DNA of 64,000 bases from a virus. A program made the position numbers and the translations under genes. Of the stretch, positions 28,744 to 40,299 are shown in pieces. Numbering within the stretch: position 1 is the first letter of the stretch; each line of letters begins with the position of its first letter. The notes below the pieces were generated by a model. That model saw nothing but the letters and a program-made list of their open reading frames with translations, made no database searches and was not told where the DNA came from. The DNA lies in IMG/VR virus record IMGVR_UViG_3300033156_000775, positions 43,030-107,029 of that record; one strand, 5' to 3'.

Positions 28744-28746
28744 GAA

Positions 28747-28998
28747 ATGGAAATAATATACCATGACAGATGGAGTCAGGAAGCAACTAGCTATGGATTA
28801 GTAATAATAGAGGATGAGTCCTTCCTAGATGAGTATGGAGGACGATTCCTAGTAGTAGCTCTAGTCGGAAGCTATGGTACAACATACTTCTACAATAAGG
28901 GATACAAGCATCCAAGCTATGTGAAGGAGAAGCATTCCAATCTAACGTGGAGAGATGCTGAGATCATTGCTGAAAGGCTAAACGAGGTAATAGGATAA
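28747..28998 (+). CDS. Hypothetical protein
   Basis: ORF, GAGGTGA SD. Confidence 0.5.
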   Translation: MEIIYHDRWSQEATSYGLVIIEDESFLDEYGGRFLVVALVGSYGTTYFYNKGYKHPSYVKEKHSNLTWRDAEIIAERLNEVIG

Positions 28999-29327
28999 AT
29001 GTCCATTAGATGTGATCTACTGGACAATGCGAACAGAGCCATAGAATACTTACAGGACAGAATAGACACTCTAGTCTCAGATAGGGATAATGATGTCCAG
29101 CTAGCATCAGATGATATATTTTCTATCGTTGACCAATGGATAGAGGACTTACGTAAAGTCCTAAGCATCCTTACAGGAGAGGAATAAGGTAATGTCTGGT
29201 AAAGGTCTTATCCTTGAATGTCCATGTAACAACTGTAAGTATTCCTATGATGGTTGTGAGTTTGGATGCTCTAAACTTCTAGAATGGTTCTTTAAGTATC
29301 AGAAGCTTACAGGAGATGGGTCAGTAA

Positions 29328-29657
29328 TTGTCAAGCTACAGGGATGACATACTAGAACGGTACATGGAATTCTGGAACAAATGTGGGACACATGGGCTAA
29401 GTAACAAGGACAAGTTGAAGGTACTGAAGAGGCTAGTGGATTTTGAATCTAAATGTAGCTACATCAGCTTCTCCTACAAAGACAAGTATAAAGAAAAGAC
29501 ATTGACTGAGCTGTTCCCTGAGCTAGTGCCAGCTAACTTATGTAAAGTCCACAGACACTCAGCTAGGCTTAATGGCCTCATGCTCTATACCTTCAAGATT
29601 TGTCTAGAGAATGAACTTGAATCTTTAACTCTGGAGAGGAAGAGTGATGTCTCTTAG
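29328..29657 (+). CDS. Hypothetical protein
   Basis: ORF. Confidence 0.45.
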   Translation: MSSYRDDILERYMEFWNKCGTHGLSNKDKLKVLKRLVDFESKCSYISFSYKDKYKEKTLTELFPELVPANLCKVHRHSARLNGLMLYTFKICLENELESLTLERKSDVS

Positions 29658-29842
29658 GCTATCCAAGTTTATCTGGGCACTATATATTGACAAACAATTC
29701 ATAGAGTACTTTGACACTCACCAGTCAGCTATAGACTTTGGTAAGAAATACTATCCTAATTTCAGCTTCATAGTTAAGCCAATAACAGTATTCACGTTTG
29801 TAGGGGACAAGAAGCTTGAATGAAGGAGGATTTTAATGTCCT

Positions 29843-30046
29843 ATGGTTCTGAATCATTTGGTCTGTTTGCTCTTAGGTCACAAATGGAAGAGTCTGTTTG
29901 AGGAATGGTCTATCAAGAATCTAGGAAATGGTCTAGTAGAAGAGACAGAAGTCTTTGTTTGTACTAGATGTGGTAAACGATGGACATTGAAAGGTATAAT
30001 TGATTGCAAGGACCAGTCAGCTTTCCTAATGGAATGGAGGAATTAA
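29843..30046 (+). CDS. DUF1660-like zinc-binding phage protein
   Basis: CLLLGHKW...CTRCG. Confidence 0.6.
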   Translation: MVLNHLVCLLLGHKWKSLFEEWSIKNLGNGLVEETEVFVCTRCGKRWTLKGIIDCKDQSAFLMEWRN

Positions 30047-30049
30047 ACT

Positions 30050-30565
30050 GTGTCCGTAATAAGAACTGTCAAGGAAGAGCCATGTTCTCAGTGTGGTAGA
30101 CTAACAAACGCATACGATATGCTGATGGGTAGGCTATGTCCAGAATGTATAGCTAAACGAGCTATTACTTTTGCTAGGAACATTAGGAATCTATATGGAA
30201 TCGATGAGCCTGAAGAGTTAGACCCTTATTATTACAAATTAGCTACTTTGCCCCTGATAGATCATAGCAATGACATTGATGCTCATTTACATTCCATAAC
30301 AAACTATAGAGATCCTAAGAGGATACCAATAATCCTTAAGCGTTTAGAGAATATCTGGAGAAGGTTTCCAGACCTTAGACTAGGACAGCTTATAGAAAAT
30401 GTCTTCCCTAACAGAGGGATAGCTGGACATAGTGAATCAGCATATTATCTGGAAGATGAAGAGTTTATTGAACGAATAGAGAAATTTTATAGCAATATAA
30501 AGTCTGAAAAAGAGATAGACCATACCAAGCTAATAAGAGATGAAGAGAATGTCCAAAATAGATAG
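30050..30565 (+). CDS. Zn-finger plus conserved phage domain
   Basis: CxxC...CxxC; RDPKRI...WRRFPDLRLGQLI. Confidence 0.6.
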   Translation: MSVIRTVKEEPCSQCGRLTNAYDMLMGRLCPECIAKRAITFARNIRNLYGIDEPEELDPYYYKLATLPLIDHSNDIDAHLHSITNYRDPKRIPIILKRLENIWRRFPDLRLGQLIENVFPNRGIAGHSESAYYLEDEEFIERIEKFYSNIKSEKEIDHTKLIRDEENVQNR

Positions 30566-31211
30566 GCAATTCCTACATGAGTTTCTTTACAGAGGAAAAG
30601 AGCTAGAATCCCTAGAAGATAAACAAGTTACGCTGTGTGGGTGTGGAGCTCTAGGGACTTGGACAGCTGTGTTCCTAGCTAGGAGTGGACTTAGACATTT
30701 CAGGCTGATAGATATGGATAAGGTTGAGATACACAACACTTCTACTCAAGCATTCTTCCTAGAGAACCTTAACCAATACAAGGCTACTGCTCTGTCCAGA
30801 ATCCTCTACAGAATCAACAGAGCTAGATCCTCAATCTACAATGAGGAGCTAACAGCTGACAATGTGTCCCTAGCTTTCGATGACACAGACTTGGTTATTT
30901 GTACATTTGACAACTATAAATCTAGAAAGCTGGTTAGGGACAAGGCCCTAGAGCTAGACTTTCCAACAGTGTTTGCAGGTATGAATGGAAGCCTAAACTA
31001 TGGGGAGGTAGCTTGGGCTGAGGATTACAATCCTCCTAGAGATCCTAAATCTAGAGATATAGACCCATGCAATTATCCATTAGCAACAACTTTAGTGGTG
31101 TTGACTTCAGCTGTACTAGCTGAGGTCTCTCTAAACTATCTCCTTAAAGGATTCAAGTTCTATAAGCCATTTGGCTTTTCATTTAGCTCTTTCCAGGTAA
31201 TTTCAAAATAA
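30549..31211 (+). CDS. Second ThiF/E1-like adenylyltransferase
   Basis: CGCGALG, IDMDKVEIHN, KA, TFDNY, DPCNYP (candidate catalytic Cys). Confidence 0.9.
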   Translation: MSKIDRQFLHEFLYRGKELESLEDKQVTLCGCGALGTWTAVFLARSGLRHFRLIDMDKVEIHNTSTQAFFLENLNQYKATALSRILYRINRARSSIYNEELTADNVSLAFDDTDLVICTFDNYKSRKLVRDKALELDFPTVFAGMNGSLNYGEVAWAEDYNPPRDPKSRDIDPCNYPLATTLVVLTSAVLAEVSLNYLLKGFKFYKPFGFSFSSFQVISK

Positions 31212-31821
31212 GAGCTCTAGCATTATTTGTAGTCCGGACTACATAGAGGTGAAAGATGAATGAGAGTTCCTAACCCCAAAGAGAAGAAATATTGGTATAA
31301 GAGAATAGGTTCTAAGTTCTCTAGAGAGTTTGATATTAATCGATATCTGCAAGATTTCAATGAATGGGAAAACAAATTACTTCATTTTGTAGGATCTGTA
31401 TTAGGGACATTCTTGGCCTTAATGAGGAGGCTCAATTGAGTGATGAAGGGAACAGAACTTTATGAACAAGCAATAAGGAAAGCTACAAGATGGAATCATG
31501 GAAGGCTGCCAGACACAGGAATGCAGCTCATCTTTGTCTATAATGAGCTGAAAGACAAGATTGTTATCGAGAAATAATTTAGGAGACATAGAAGCATAAG
31601 TATACATCGGAGATGGAGGGATGAGTGGTAGATTTGCTCTCTTAAACAAAGAGTGGCAGAGAACTGAGAGGGAAATAATGGAGCTAATTAGGCAATTTAG
31701 ATTTGGACTTGATCAAATAAAGAATAGATATCCAGATGCAGGTATTGGAGATACAGAGACAGATGAGCTTATTGTTGAGGAGATCTATAATCAAATTCAC
31801 TAATTGGAGGTAGGTTCAATA

Positions 31822-32247
31822 ATGGCTGATTTCAGTCCCTATTCTGATAAAGTGTCAGACAGGGACAAGATACGAGTCCTAGAAAGGATACTTCAGAACA
31901 TTCTAGGATGGCTAGGTGCAGAGAAGGAAATCTCTTACCACAGAATGGGAGACACAGTATTTATCAGGATAGAAGTAGACCCTGACAAGATAGCTAAGTG
32001 GATCAGTGACCTTGCATATGATGACATAGATGTGTCATTCACCAACTACGTTAGGATGACAGAGATTATTCCTGGTGAGGGGAAAGAGCCAGAGGCATAT
32101 ACTGTAGCTGAGATAGCTGTCCATCCTAGATACTGGGAAGTAGCTGATAATCTAAAGAAGGAGCTTAAGAAGTTTAAAGCTGAAAACTCTAAGTTGAAAC
32201 GGAAGCTAAAGAAGCTTGAAAAGACAGTTAGCTCTACGGAGAAGTAG
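31822..32247 (+). CDS. Hypothetical protein with C-terminal coiled coil
   Basis: GGAGGT SD. Confidence 0.5.
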   Translation: MADFSPYSDKVSDRDKIRVLERILQNILGWLGAEKEISYHRMGDTVFIRIEVDPDKIAKWISDLAYDDIDVSFTNYVRMTEIIPGEGKEPEAYTVAEIAVHPRYWEVADNLKKELKKFKAENSKLKRKLKKLEKTVSSTEK

Positions 32248-32354
32248 AGTCCGATGATGGATAGGGTTCTTAGGCTCCTTAAGGAATGTTCAGAGTCCCT
32301 TTACTACGTCTATAAAGCTGGAGATCCTAAACGCTTCAACCTAGAGGAACTAGA

Positions 32355-33010
32355 ATGAACTATCTAATTATCAATGGAGATTGCTTATCCACACTTCCAA
32401 AGCTAAAGAGGGGATTCTTTGATCTAGTGTTCACTTCCCCTCCATACTGGCAGCTAATGGAGTATGGTAAGCTCTCAGGTGAGTTTGATCCAGACGTGTA
32501 GATGGATTCATTCCGTTCAGTGGGTTTGAATATATCTCTATAGCTAGGAAGGCAGGATTCAAGCTTGTAGACACAATAATATGGAGAGGAGCTCTTAAGA
32601 GAAACATAGGGTCTCCTAGATTCCTAGAGCATATGTATGAGCCTATAATGATATTTGCTAAGACTGATAGCTATCATTATCAGAAGGAAGCATTGAACTC
32701 TACTGGATTCCTATCTGACTTATGGAGCATATACTATGACGATCCCTATGACAGGTCTGGAATAGCTACGTATCCAGTAAGCCTAGCTGTAAACATCATT
32801 AGATTGTGTTCTCCTCTTCATGGTAATGTGTTAGATCCCTTTCTAGGTTCAGGGTCAACAATAGACGCCTGCATACGGGCTAGACGTAATTGCGTAGGTA
32901 TAGAGATTAATCCTGAATACAGTAAGAAAGCAAATGAGAGATGTAAGAGTATTCTGTTTGACAATGATATCTTATCCTTAAGAGATGAACAAAGCAGTAG
33001 GAGAAACTAG
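32355..33010 (+). pseudogene. N4/N6 DNA methyltransferase, frameshifted with internal deletion near 32490
   Basis: GDCL...FTSPPYW in 32355..32501; IIW...VLDPFLGSGST...GIEIN in another frame. Confidence 0.8.
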
Positions 33011-33101
33011 ACTTGGACGTTTATGCGTTGCTGGTAGGGATAATTCTAGGATTCTCACTAGGAGCCTGTGTTATTGCATACTTTATAGTTAGGAGAGATA
33101 A

Positions 33102-33713
33102 ATGGATATGAGTAGTGAAGTCCTTAAATTCGTAAGAGAACACTGGGTTAAACAAGTAAACAATGGTTCATCTTGTATACAAGAGCTTAAGTCCCTCAGG
33201 GACCTCTATCAAAAGGGTGGGTACTTCAAGAAAGCTTCGCAAATCCAACACCAAATACACGAGATACAGGTCCAAATAGAGCTAGAGAGGCTAAGGAAGG
33301 ACTATATCATCTTGAAAAAGCCTAGATTTGAAAGTATCCTGGTAGATGTGCCAAGGAAATATAGGTCATACTGGGATGAGAAATGGAAGTATTCTGGATA
33401 CAAGTTGTCCAGTAAATTCTCCATCAGGACAAAATACCTGTTTGAAATAGACCCCAGTAACTACAAGGGGCATATACCTCTCAAGCTAGTTGAAGAAACA
33501 ATTAAAGCTAGAGAGTCCGGATTCAAACCTATGATATGGGCCATAGCTACTGAAAGTGAAATCATAGAGCTGTCTGTAGGTGAGGAGCTTAGAAAATATG
33601 ACCCACTTCTAGTAGGCTATATTCCAGAGATACCTGGTTACGTGGTACTCTTGGGAATATGGGGTAAGGACATTGAGGACCTAGACAAGATATTCTCAAG
33701 TATGATTGATTAG
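33102..33713 (+). CDS. Hypothetical protein
   Basis: ORF; DPLLVG...LLGIW. Confidence 0.55.
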   Translation: MDMSSEVLKFVREHWVKQVNNGSSCIQELKSLRDLYQKGGYFKKASQIQHQIHEIQVQIELERLRKDYIILKKPRFESILVDVPRKYRSYWDEKWKYSGYKLSSKFSIRTKYLFEIDPSNYKGHIPLKLVEETIKARESGFKPMIWAIATESEIIELSVGEELRKYDPLLVGYIPEIPGYVVLLGIWGKDIEDLDKIFSSMID

Positions 33714-33921
33714 GAATGGAGGAGGTAGTACAGGCTATGAGTGAATACGATTATCATAAATGCTGGCTAAACGGAGAAGATTGTCTACCCATGTGAAAAG
33801 CATATGACCCTGATACTGGTGATTGCAGGATACTAAGGGCAATAGAAAAGGCAGTTAGCTCTCTAGATGTTTTCAACAAAATATTTGCTTTCAAGTCTTA
33901 GGGAATGTCTAGGGAAGATAA

Positions 33922-35565
33922 ATGAGCGTCGTAAAGATTCCTAGTTCAAAAGAACTGGTTAAGGATCTGGGACTAGAGAAGGCTATAAATCTACTATCAA
34001 AGACTAAACCACTAAGCGTCATAGCTAGAGATCTCAATATTCCATATTTCAGAGTAATGTTGTATTCAAAGGGAGTTAAGATAAACTCTACATTGAAGTT
34101 TAATGAAGTAGCTGATATCTACAACAGAATATCCCTTATGTCCTCCATTAAAGGTAAGACATCAGAGATGGAATCTTTATTGTCCCTACCTATTTCCTAT
34201 GAACAGAAGATTAGGCTGTTACTAGGTAGAATAGCTGATGTCCCTTTGGGAGTGGGAGATGACACTGTATTAGAATCGCTAAGGCTAGCCTACAATATCT
34301 CTAAGGTAGAGATGTCCAAGCTTAGAGAGAAGTATGGTGATGTAGGGGACATAACCTATAAGAAGGTGATGTTCCTAGCTTCGATCTTTAAGATAGCTAC
34401 TAATGATGAAGCAAAGTACATAGCTAGGCTATGTAGGAGATCCCTCAACCTCCATATCCCTTCACAGAGCATTGTAGCTTTAATCTCTAGGAAGCTGAGA
34501 GTTAGACCTGATCTGTTGAGAGAGGCTACTCTTACTAGAGGTTTGTTAGGAGGCCTTCTATTAGCTTCTAAAGGAAATAGAGCTTTATTGAAGGCTAAGC
34601 TCTCACCATCTAAGTTTCTAGAGCCTCAGCTAGCAATTATGTTTGATAGATCCAAGATAGTCTTCCCAGTTAGAGTAGAAGTAAAGTATGATGGTGTACG
34701 ATGTCAGGTCCATAAAATCAAGGATAGGGTATTCTTATTTTCTAGAGCTGGTAACCTTAAGAATAATAGCTATCCATCAATCGTAAATGATGCAGTCCGG
34801 ACTACATTAAGTGCTGAAAGCTGCATACTTGATTCTGAGATTGTAGGAGTAAAGAATGGTAATATAATTCCCTTCTATGAAGGTATCCAGTCCCAGGACA
34901 AGTGTGAACTAACTATACGTTTCTTTGATGTTCTTTATTACAATGGGATTAACCTGTTAGGTAGACCATTAAAGGATAGACTATCTATTCTCTACAAGAT
35001 TGTCCCTGAGGACTTAATAGCTTCTGGATTCACAGTTTCATCATATGAAGCTTTAATGTCTAAGTATGATGAGATAGTTTCTATGGGACATGAAGGGATA
35101 ATGGTTAAGTCCCTATCTGAGAGGTACCATCCTGGAAGGAGACATAGGAGCTGGATGAAGCTAAAGAAATCTAGAGACACACTGGATGTGGTGCTGGTTA
35201 AGGCTAACTATGGCTCTGGAGAGCTAGGAGGCTTGTATTCCAGCTTCAGGATGGCTGTTAAGCACCCATCTAAGATGTTACTATATGAGATAGGGAATCT
35301 AGGAGGAATAGAGAGGGATACATTACAGCTACTATCAGAAATGGCTGATCAATATTCTCTAGATAGAAGAGATAAGGAAGGTGTTTACCTGTTACCTAGA
35401 ATAGTTGTAGAAGTGTCTTTCTATGAGGTCATAAGATCCAGTAAATATCCTTCTGGATTTAGCTTGAGGTCTCCAAACTTGGTTAGGATTAGATATGATA
35501 AGACACCTAATCAGATAGACACAATAAGCAAGGTAAGAAAACTTTATTCTTTAAAGAATCTTTAA
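33922..35565 (+). CDS. lig: ATP-dependent DNA ligase
   Basis: KYDGVR, LDSEIV, FDVLY, EGIMVK, WMKLK, OB domain SLRSP..RIRYDK. Confidence 0.95.
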   Translation: MSVVKIPSSKELVKDLGLEKAINLLSKTKPLSVIARDLNIPYFRVMLYSKGVKINSTLKFNEVADIYNRISLMSSIKGKTSEMESLLSLPISYEQKIRLLLGRIADVPLGVGDDTVLESLRLAYNISKVEMSKLREKYGDVGDITYKKVMFLASIFKIATNDEAKYIARLCRRSLNLHIPSQSIVALISRKLRVRPDLLREATLTRGLLGGLLLASKGNRALLKAKLSPSKFLEPQLAIMFDRSKIVFPVRVEVKYDGVRCQVHKIKDRVFLFSRAGNLKNNSYPSIVNDAVRTTLSAESCILDSEIVGVKNGNIIPFYEGIQSQDKCELTIRFFDVLYYNGINLLGRPLKDRLSILYKIVPEDLIASGFTVSSYEALMSKYDEIVSMGHEGIMVKSLSERYHPGRRHRSWMKLKKSRDTLDVVLVKANYGSGELGGLYSSFRMAVKHPSKMLLYEIGNLGGIERDTLQLLSEMADQYSLDRRDKEGVYLLPRIVVEVSFYEVIRSSKYPSGFSLRSPNLVRIRYDKTPNQIDTISKVRKLYSLKNL

Positions 35566-35580
35566 GAGGTGGAATTGTTT

Positions 35581-35943
35581 ATGAGGATAAGAGACTTGGA
35601 GTTAGTCCTAGTTATACTGGGACTAATAATTGTAGTAGGCTCATATCCCATATATGCTGTCTGCTACTATCAGACTGCAACTACAAAGATAGTTACAGTG
35701 AAGGAGAAATGGATAAAAGCTGCTCCAGGATCAGACACCATGATATATCTGTTCTCTGACACAGAGGGCAATGTATACGCTGTTGCTGATGAGCTGCTGC
35801 TATGGAAGTGGGATGCATCAGACAGATGGGCCAAGCTAGAGGAAGGTAAGACCTATAGAATCACCTTCTATGGTTGGAGGATACACATCCTGTCCTGGTA
35901 TCCCAATGCCATAGAGATAGAGGAGATAGAAAGAGATGGCTAG
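35581..35943 (+). CDS. Membrane-anchored phage protein
   Basis: N-terminal TM; GWRIHILSWYPN. Confidence 0.6.
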   Translation: MRIRDLELVLVILGLIIVVGSYPIYAVCYYQTATTKIVTVKEKWIKAAPGSDTMIYLFSDTEGNVYAVADELLLWKWDASDRWAKLEEGKTYRITFYGWRIHILSWYPNAIEIEEIERDG

Positions 35944-36181
35944 ATGCATATCGTGTGGACTGTACTTGAACGATAAGGCTGTTTGTTTAGAATGTTATAA
36001 TGAGCTACTCTATGAGAGAGATCAGCTTGCTAGTGAAGTCGATAAGCTGCATAGATTAATAGCTGATCTGGAGAATAAGCTAGCAGACTTAGAATATGAG
36101 CTTTCATGTGCTAGGGAAGATATAGAGTACTGGAAAGAACGCTATCACAGGCTACTACCAGATGCTTTTATGGGAGAATAA
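35936..36181 (+). CDS. Zn-finger coiled-coil protein
   Basis: CxxC-x8-CxxC plus heptads. Confidence 0.55.
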   Translation: MARCISCGLYLNDKAVCLECYNELLYERDQLASEVDKLHRLIADLENKLADLEYELSCAREDIEYWKERYHRLLPDAFMGE

Positions 36182-36513
36182 GTAGTCCGGGTAAGCAATC
36201 TTTAAGTGATAGAACCATGAATCGTAGCATGTCTAAACGGGATGCAGGAATGATTCTAGAATGTCCATCATGTCTGAAGGATACGTTATTGAAGATGTGT
36301 TTAGATCTAAGCGTACTAGAAGAGGATACTCAAGATCTGACATTATGATCTACTGTAAGCTGGAGGATGTGTCTATAGATCCAGTAGGGAACTTGGTGTT
36401 ATTCCTTTCTAAGGAGAACAAGTCATATTTGTCCTTTCTTCTTAGACTGTTACAAAGCCATAGAGGTAAGGGATGTAGCATTTCGATACGGATAAAGGAA
36501 CAGGAACGGGACA

Positions 36514-37329
36514 ATGAGCATAGAAGATAGTTTCTATTTAAAGGATAAGACTCAGGAGTTCTTATCATTCCTATTTCCAGGAGTGGACATTATAGCTAGC
36601 CCACCCAAGACCAGCTACAGGACCAATGCTATAAGGATTAAGAATATAGTGCTATTTGGACAGATGAGTAAGGGGAAGACAGAGCTTGTAAGGAAGATAG
36701 CTGAGGAGGCAGTTAGCTTCTATGGTGAGAGCAATGTCCATGCTGTACATTCTGAGGAGGGAGATCTGGAAGCAGTAATGGAATCTATTGTTTCTAACGA
36801 TGAGCTAGTTCAATTAGCGTTTATAGACAATTTCACTCTTAAGGAAGTGCCTAAATCCTTGATCTCCAAATACTTCAATATCAGAGGAGACTGGATGGAC
36901 AGTACTGGTAGGAACTATGGATACATAATCTCCATATTTGGCCTACACAGGTTTGAAAGCACATATCCTGAGTTCAAGTCCAACTTTGATGGAGCTATAG
37001 TTAAGAGTGCTCCTGGATTCAGTAGATATGACAAGTCTGTAGTAAGGTCTTTTATTGGAGATAAGGGACTACATGACCTCTTAATTATAGAGGAGAAGAG
37101 AGATCAGGATCCAGAGTACATGAGCTACTCAGTGTTTGGAATATATGGTGGACTTAAGACCGGACTCCTAAAACTAGACATGGCTAGTAAGAACTATCTT
37201 GAAAGTGTAGTCCGGACTACATATTCTAATGAATATAACGATCAGGAAGAGATGCTTCTTAAGTATCCTTACTTGGACAGGGCATTAGTATCTGCCCTGC
37301 TTGGACGTACTATTAAGCGTTTAAGGTAA
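36514..37329 (+). CDS. P-loop NTPase-like protein
   Basis: GQMSKGKT; LAFIDN. Confidence 0.6.
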   Translation: MSIEDSFYLKDKTQEFLSFLFPGVDIIASPPKTSYRTNAIRIKNIVLFGQMSKGKTELVRKIAEEAVSFYGESNVHAVHSEEGDLEAVMESIVSNDELVQLAFIDNFTLKEVPKSLISKYFNIRGDWMDSTGRNYGYIISIFGLHRFESTYPEFKSNFDGAIVKSAPGFSRYDKSVVRSFIGDKGLHDLLIIEEKRDQDPEYMSYSVFGIYGGLKTGLLKLDMASKNYLESVVRTTYSNEYNDQEEMLLKYPYLDRALVSALLGRTIKRLR

Positions 37330-37379
37330 GAAGTCAAGTCAAGCATAGCTCCGTACTAGGTAAAGGAGAAAAGGAGAAG

Positions 37380-37838
37380 TTGAAGATAGCATTCGATATT
37401 GATGGAGTCCTTAGAAGGAAGGACCTTGGATTCTTAAGGTTATGTCTGGATCTAGGAATAGAGAAGACTAGAGAAGCATTAAGGATGTACGATTATGCTG
37501 AGACTGAGCCTATACTAAATCCAATGCTCTTTGCTACTGCTGATGACGAGATATATGTGATCACCAACTGTATGAGTAAGGAGAGTGCTGAGGTCAAGAG
37601 AAGATGGATCAGACATTTCTATGGAGATAGAATCAAGTTTCTATATGTCAGTGTAGCTACAACTGGTTGGGGCAAGGAGTATGTTGATGCTGTAGCTAAA
37701 GCTAAGGTTAACGTTATGCTTCGGGAAGGTATAGAAGTATACTTTGACAATGACCCAGCTATAATTAAAGTTATGAGGTCTTTAACAGACAAGATAAAGT
37801 TCATAAAGTATGGTCCTTGGATAGAGGAGTACTATTAG
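37380..37838 (+). CDS. HAD-superfamily phosphatase (5'-nucleotidase-like)
   Basis: IAFDIDGVL, VIT, K, YFDND. Confidence 0.8.
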   Translation: MKIAFDIDGVLRRKDLGFLRLCLDLGIEKTREALRMYDYAETEPILNPMLFATADDEIYVITNCMSKESAEVKRRWIRHFYGDRIKFLYVSVATTGWGKEYVDAVAKAKVNVMLREGIEVYFDNDPAIIKVMRSLTDKIKFIKYGPWIEEYY

Positions 37839-37839
37839 G

Positions 37840-38466
37840 ATGATGAAGTGTCCTATATGTGGAAAGGACTTTGATGATTACCTACCATTAAAGAGTAAAG
37901 ACGATATTTACCTATGCATGGAACATGGCCTGTTCAGCTTACATGATGGGAAGCTAGTACCTGCTAAGTTCCCCTGTCCAAAGTGCCATGGTAATTACAA
38001 AGTCCCTAAGTACTATGATGGCACATGGGCAGTATGTGAATGTGAGATACATGGAGAGTGGAGAGTGAGCTTTCTAAGATCCTTTAAATTCAGAAAGCTA
38101 TGTAGTATAGTAGCTTCTAAACCAAACAAGTCTCCTGAATATTATACTCCACCAGAGCTGAAGGTTAAGCAAATTCTGGACAAGCTTGGATTAAAGTATG
38201 AGCATAATAAACGATTCAGAGATGAGGAGCATAACACATACTACTATCCGGACTTTGTAGTATATCTCAATCCATTAACTTTGATAATAGGAGTATCTCC
38301 CTCCATATGGCATGAACGTTGGAATCGTATTAAGTCCGAAAAGCGTAAGAAAGAATACTTCAGGAAGCTAGGCTATCCATATATTGAGCTTACAGAGAAA
38401 AATGAGAAAGAATGGGAAAATATCATACGAGACGTTTATAGGAGAGCCTCTAAGAATGGGAAATAA
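37840..38466 (+). CDS. Zn-ribbon plus DUF559/Vsr-like endonuclease
   Basis: CxxC/CxxH pairs; TPPELKV...YYPDF...WH...LGY. Confidence 0.65.
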   Translation: MMKCPICGKDFDDYLPLKSKDDIYLCMEHGLFSLHDGKLVPAKFPCPKCHGNYKVPKYYDGTWAVCECEIHGEWRVSFLRSFKFRKLCSIVASKPNKSPEYYTPPELKVKQILDKLGLKYEHNKRFRDEEHNTYYYPDFVVYLNPLTLIIGVSPSIWHERWNRIKSEKRKKEYFRKLGYPYIELTEKNEKEWENIIRDVYRRASKNGK

Positions 38467-38900
38467 GACTTACTATGGGAAGATCTGTGACAGATGTGGA
38501 TCATGGGTTTATGAGACTATTCCCTACAATAATCAAAGTCTTTGTGACTCTTGCTATCTAGACGTAAAGAGAAAGAGAGGAAGGAGAAAGAGGAGATAGA
38601 AATTGGGGCCATCTAGTTTAAATCATATAAAAACTGGGGAATACACTATTAGAGCTAACATAGAGAAAGTGGAGAAAGCTACCCCACATATAGTAGAGCC
38701 ATATAACTTAGAGAGGGAAAAGGAGCTTGCAGAGAAGATCTTGGAGGCTCTACGTCCAATATCCAGGGGATACACCTTTCCAGAGTTAATTGTTGCATGC
38801 TACCAAGTTATATTCACCTTAGTGTGGGAGAAAGCACATAAGGAGAATTCTGAAGAATGAATGAGTAAAAGTTAAAAATAGAATTAGGGGAGGATGAGCG

Positions 38901-39266
38901 ATGCGAATAGGAATATATGAGAAAGATGGGAGAGTTCACATAGTCCTTGATGGAGAGAATAATGTTATGTTGCAAAGTAAACCTGCTGTTTCGACGTTTG
39001 TCATAGATGAATCAATACTAGATAACCCAAAATATGAAGTGGTGGTGCTAAATAACTACATAGACTTTCTAGAGCCCGATGTTATGAGGAAAATAAGACA
39101 AGGAATTGCAGAGGGCAAGCACATTAAAGATGTGGTATTTGAAGGAAGACCATCCTCCTTCAAGAGTACTTTCGGAATAACTAAGATTCGATGCTCATGT
39201 GGAAAAATAATAGAGGTCCCTAACAAAACAACATTCAGATGTCCCGGTTGTGGTGTGGAATATTAG
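38901..39266 (+). CDS. Zn-ribbon protein
   Basis: CSCG...CPGCG. Confidence 0.55.
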   Translation: MRIGIYEKDGRVHIVLDGENNVMLQSKPAVSTFVIDESILDNPKYEVVVLNNYIDFLEPDVMRKIRQGIAEGKHIKDVVFEGRPSSFKSTFGITKIRCSCGKIIEVPNKTTFRCPGCGVEY

Positions 39267-39730
39267 CTTATAGGAGACGAATCTCTGTGATTCAGGAGAA
39301 AGAAATTGACGAAGCAATAAAAAAGATAAGAGTGATTCTGCTTGCAGTGAAAACGTCTAGAAATGTACAGGAAGCAGAAAGATGGGTTAAAGAAGAGATT
39401 GAAGAAAACAGGTTGTGAGTCCTTATGATGGATTGTGAAGCATATGTGAGCCCCTATGGAATAAGCTTGGAGCTTACGGATAGAGTTATGATAGATAACA
39501 TCCGGACTATATGCAGCATAGAAGGATGCAATAATGTTGCCGATAAATACCTTGTTGTAGGAGACGAGCTATTTTACAAGGCTTATCTGAGGATGAAGCA
39601 TCGTGAATTCATCGAGTCTCACGGTTTTCCTGTTGTGATATTGGGAGTATGTAGGAAACACTATGAAGAAATTATAAGAGCCAATCAAACTTGATCCTAT
39701 GGGATTTATGGGAAGACAAGGTAGGTTAAA

Positions 39731-40036
39731 GTGTCTAAGCGGACTAGACTAGAAATCGAGACGTATATACTCCACTTAATCAGGACACACTATACTCCTC
39801 CATATGCCATGGAGAAATATCAGGGTACATTAGGTACCCATATAGCTCAGAAGGCTAATCTAACGTGGAAGCAGCTACAGGAAATACTGGAACGCTTTAA
39901 GCAGCTAGGCTTGATCAGAGAGGTTAAGGAGATATCATCCAAGCCTAAATGCTCTTATGTAATCACTGAAAAGGGGAAACTAGCACTGGACACCTACAAG
40001 TACTTGAAGTATTTACTTGGCCATGCAATGGTGTAG
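39731..40036 (+). CDS. Archaeal winged-helix regulator
   Basis: KRTRLEI...THIAQKANL...GLI...YVITEKG. Confidence 0.8.
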   Translation: MSKRTRLEIETYILHLIRTHYTPPYAMEKYQGTLGTHIAQKANLTWKQLQEILERFKQLGLIREVKEISSKPKCSYVITEKGKLALDTYKYLKYLLGHAMV

Positions 40037-40299
40037 TCCGGACTACATTTAAATTCACCTAAATGGAGAGAGAACATCCATGTATGGAAGGAGAAAACTA
40101 ATTGTAATAGAAAGGAAAGATGAGAATGGAGATATCCTGCCCATATGGAACTGTCCATACTGTAATGGAAGCCTAGAAATAGTTCATAAGGAGGAATGTT
40201 CAAGTCTGGATATTTACAAGCAATGTACTAAATGTGGAAGAGTCTACAAAGAGACTTATGTGATAGAGCAGATTGAATTAGTGGAGGACAGAATATACG

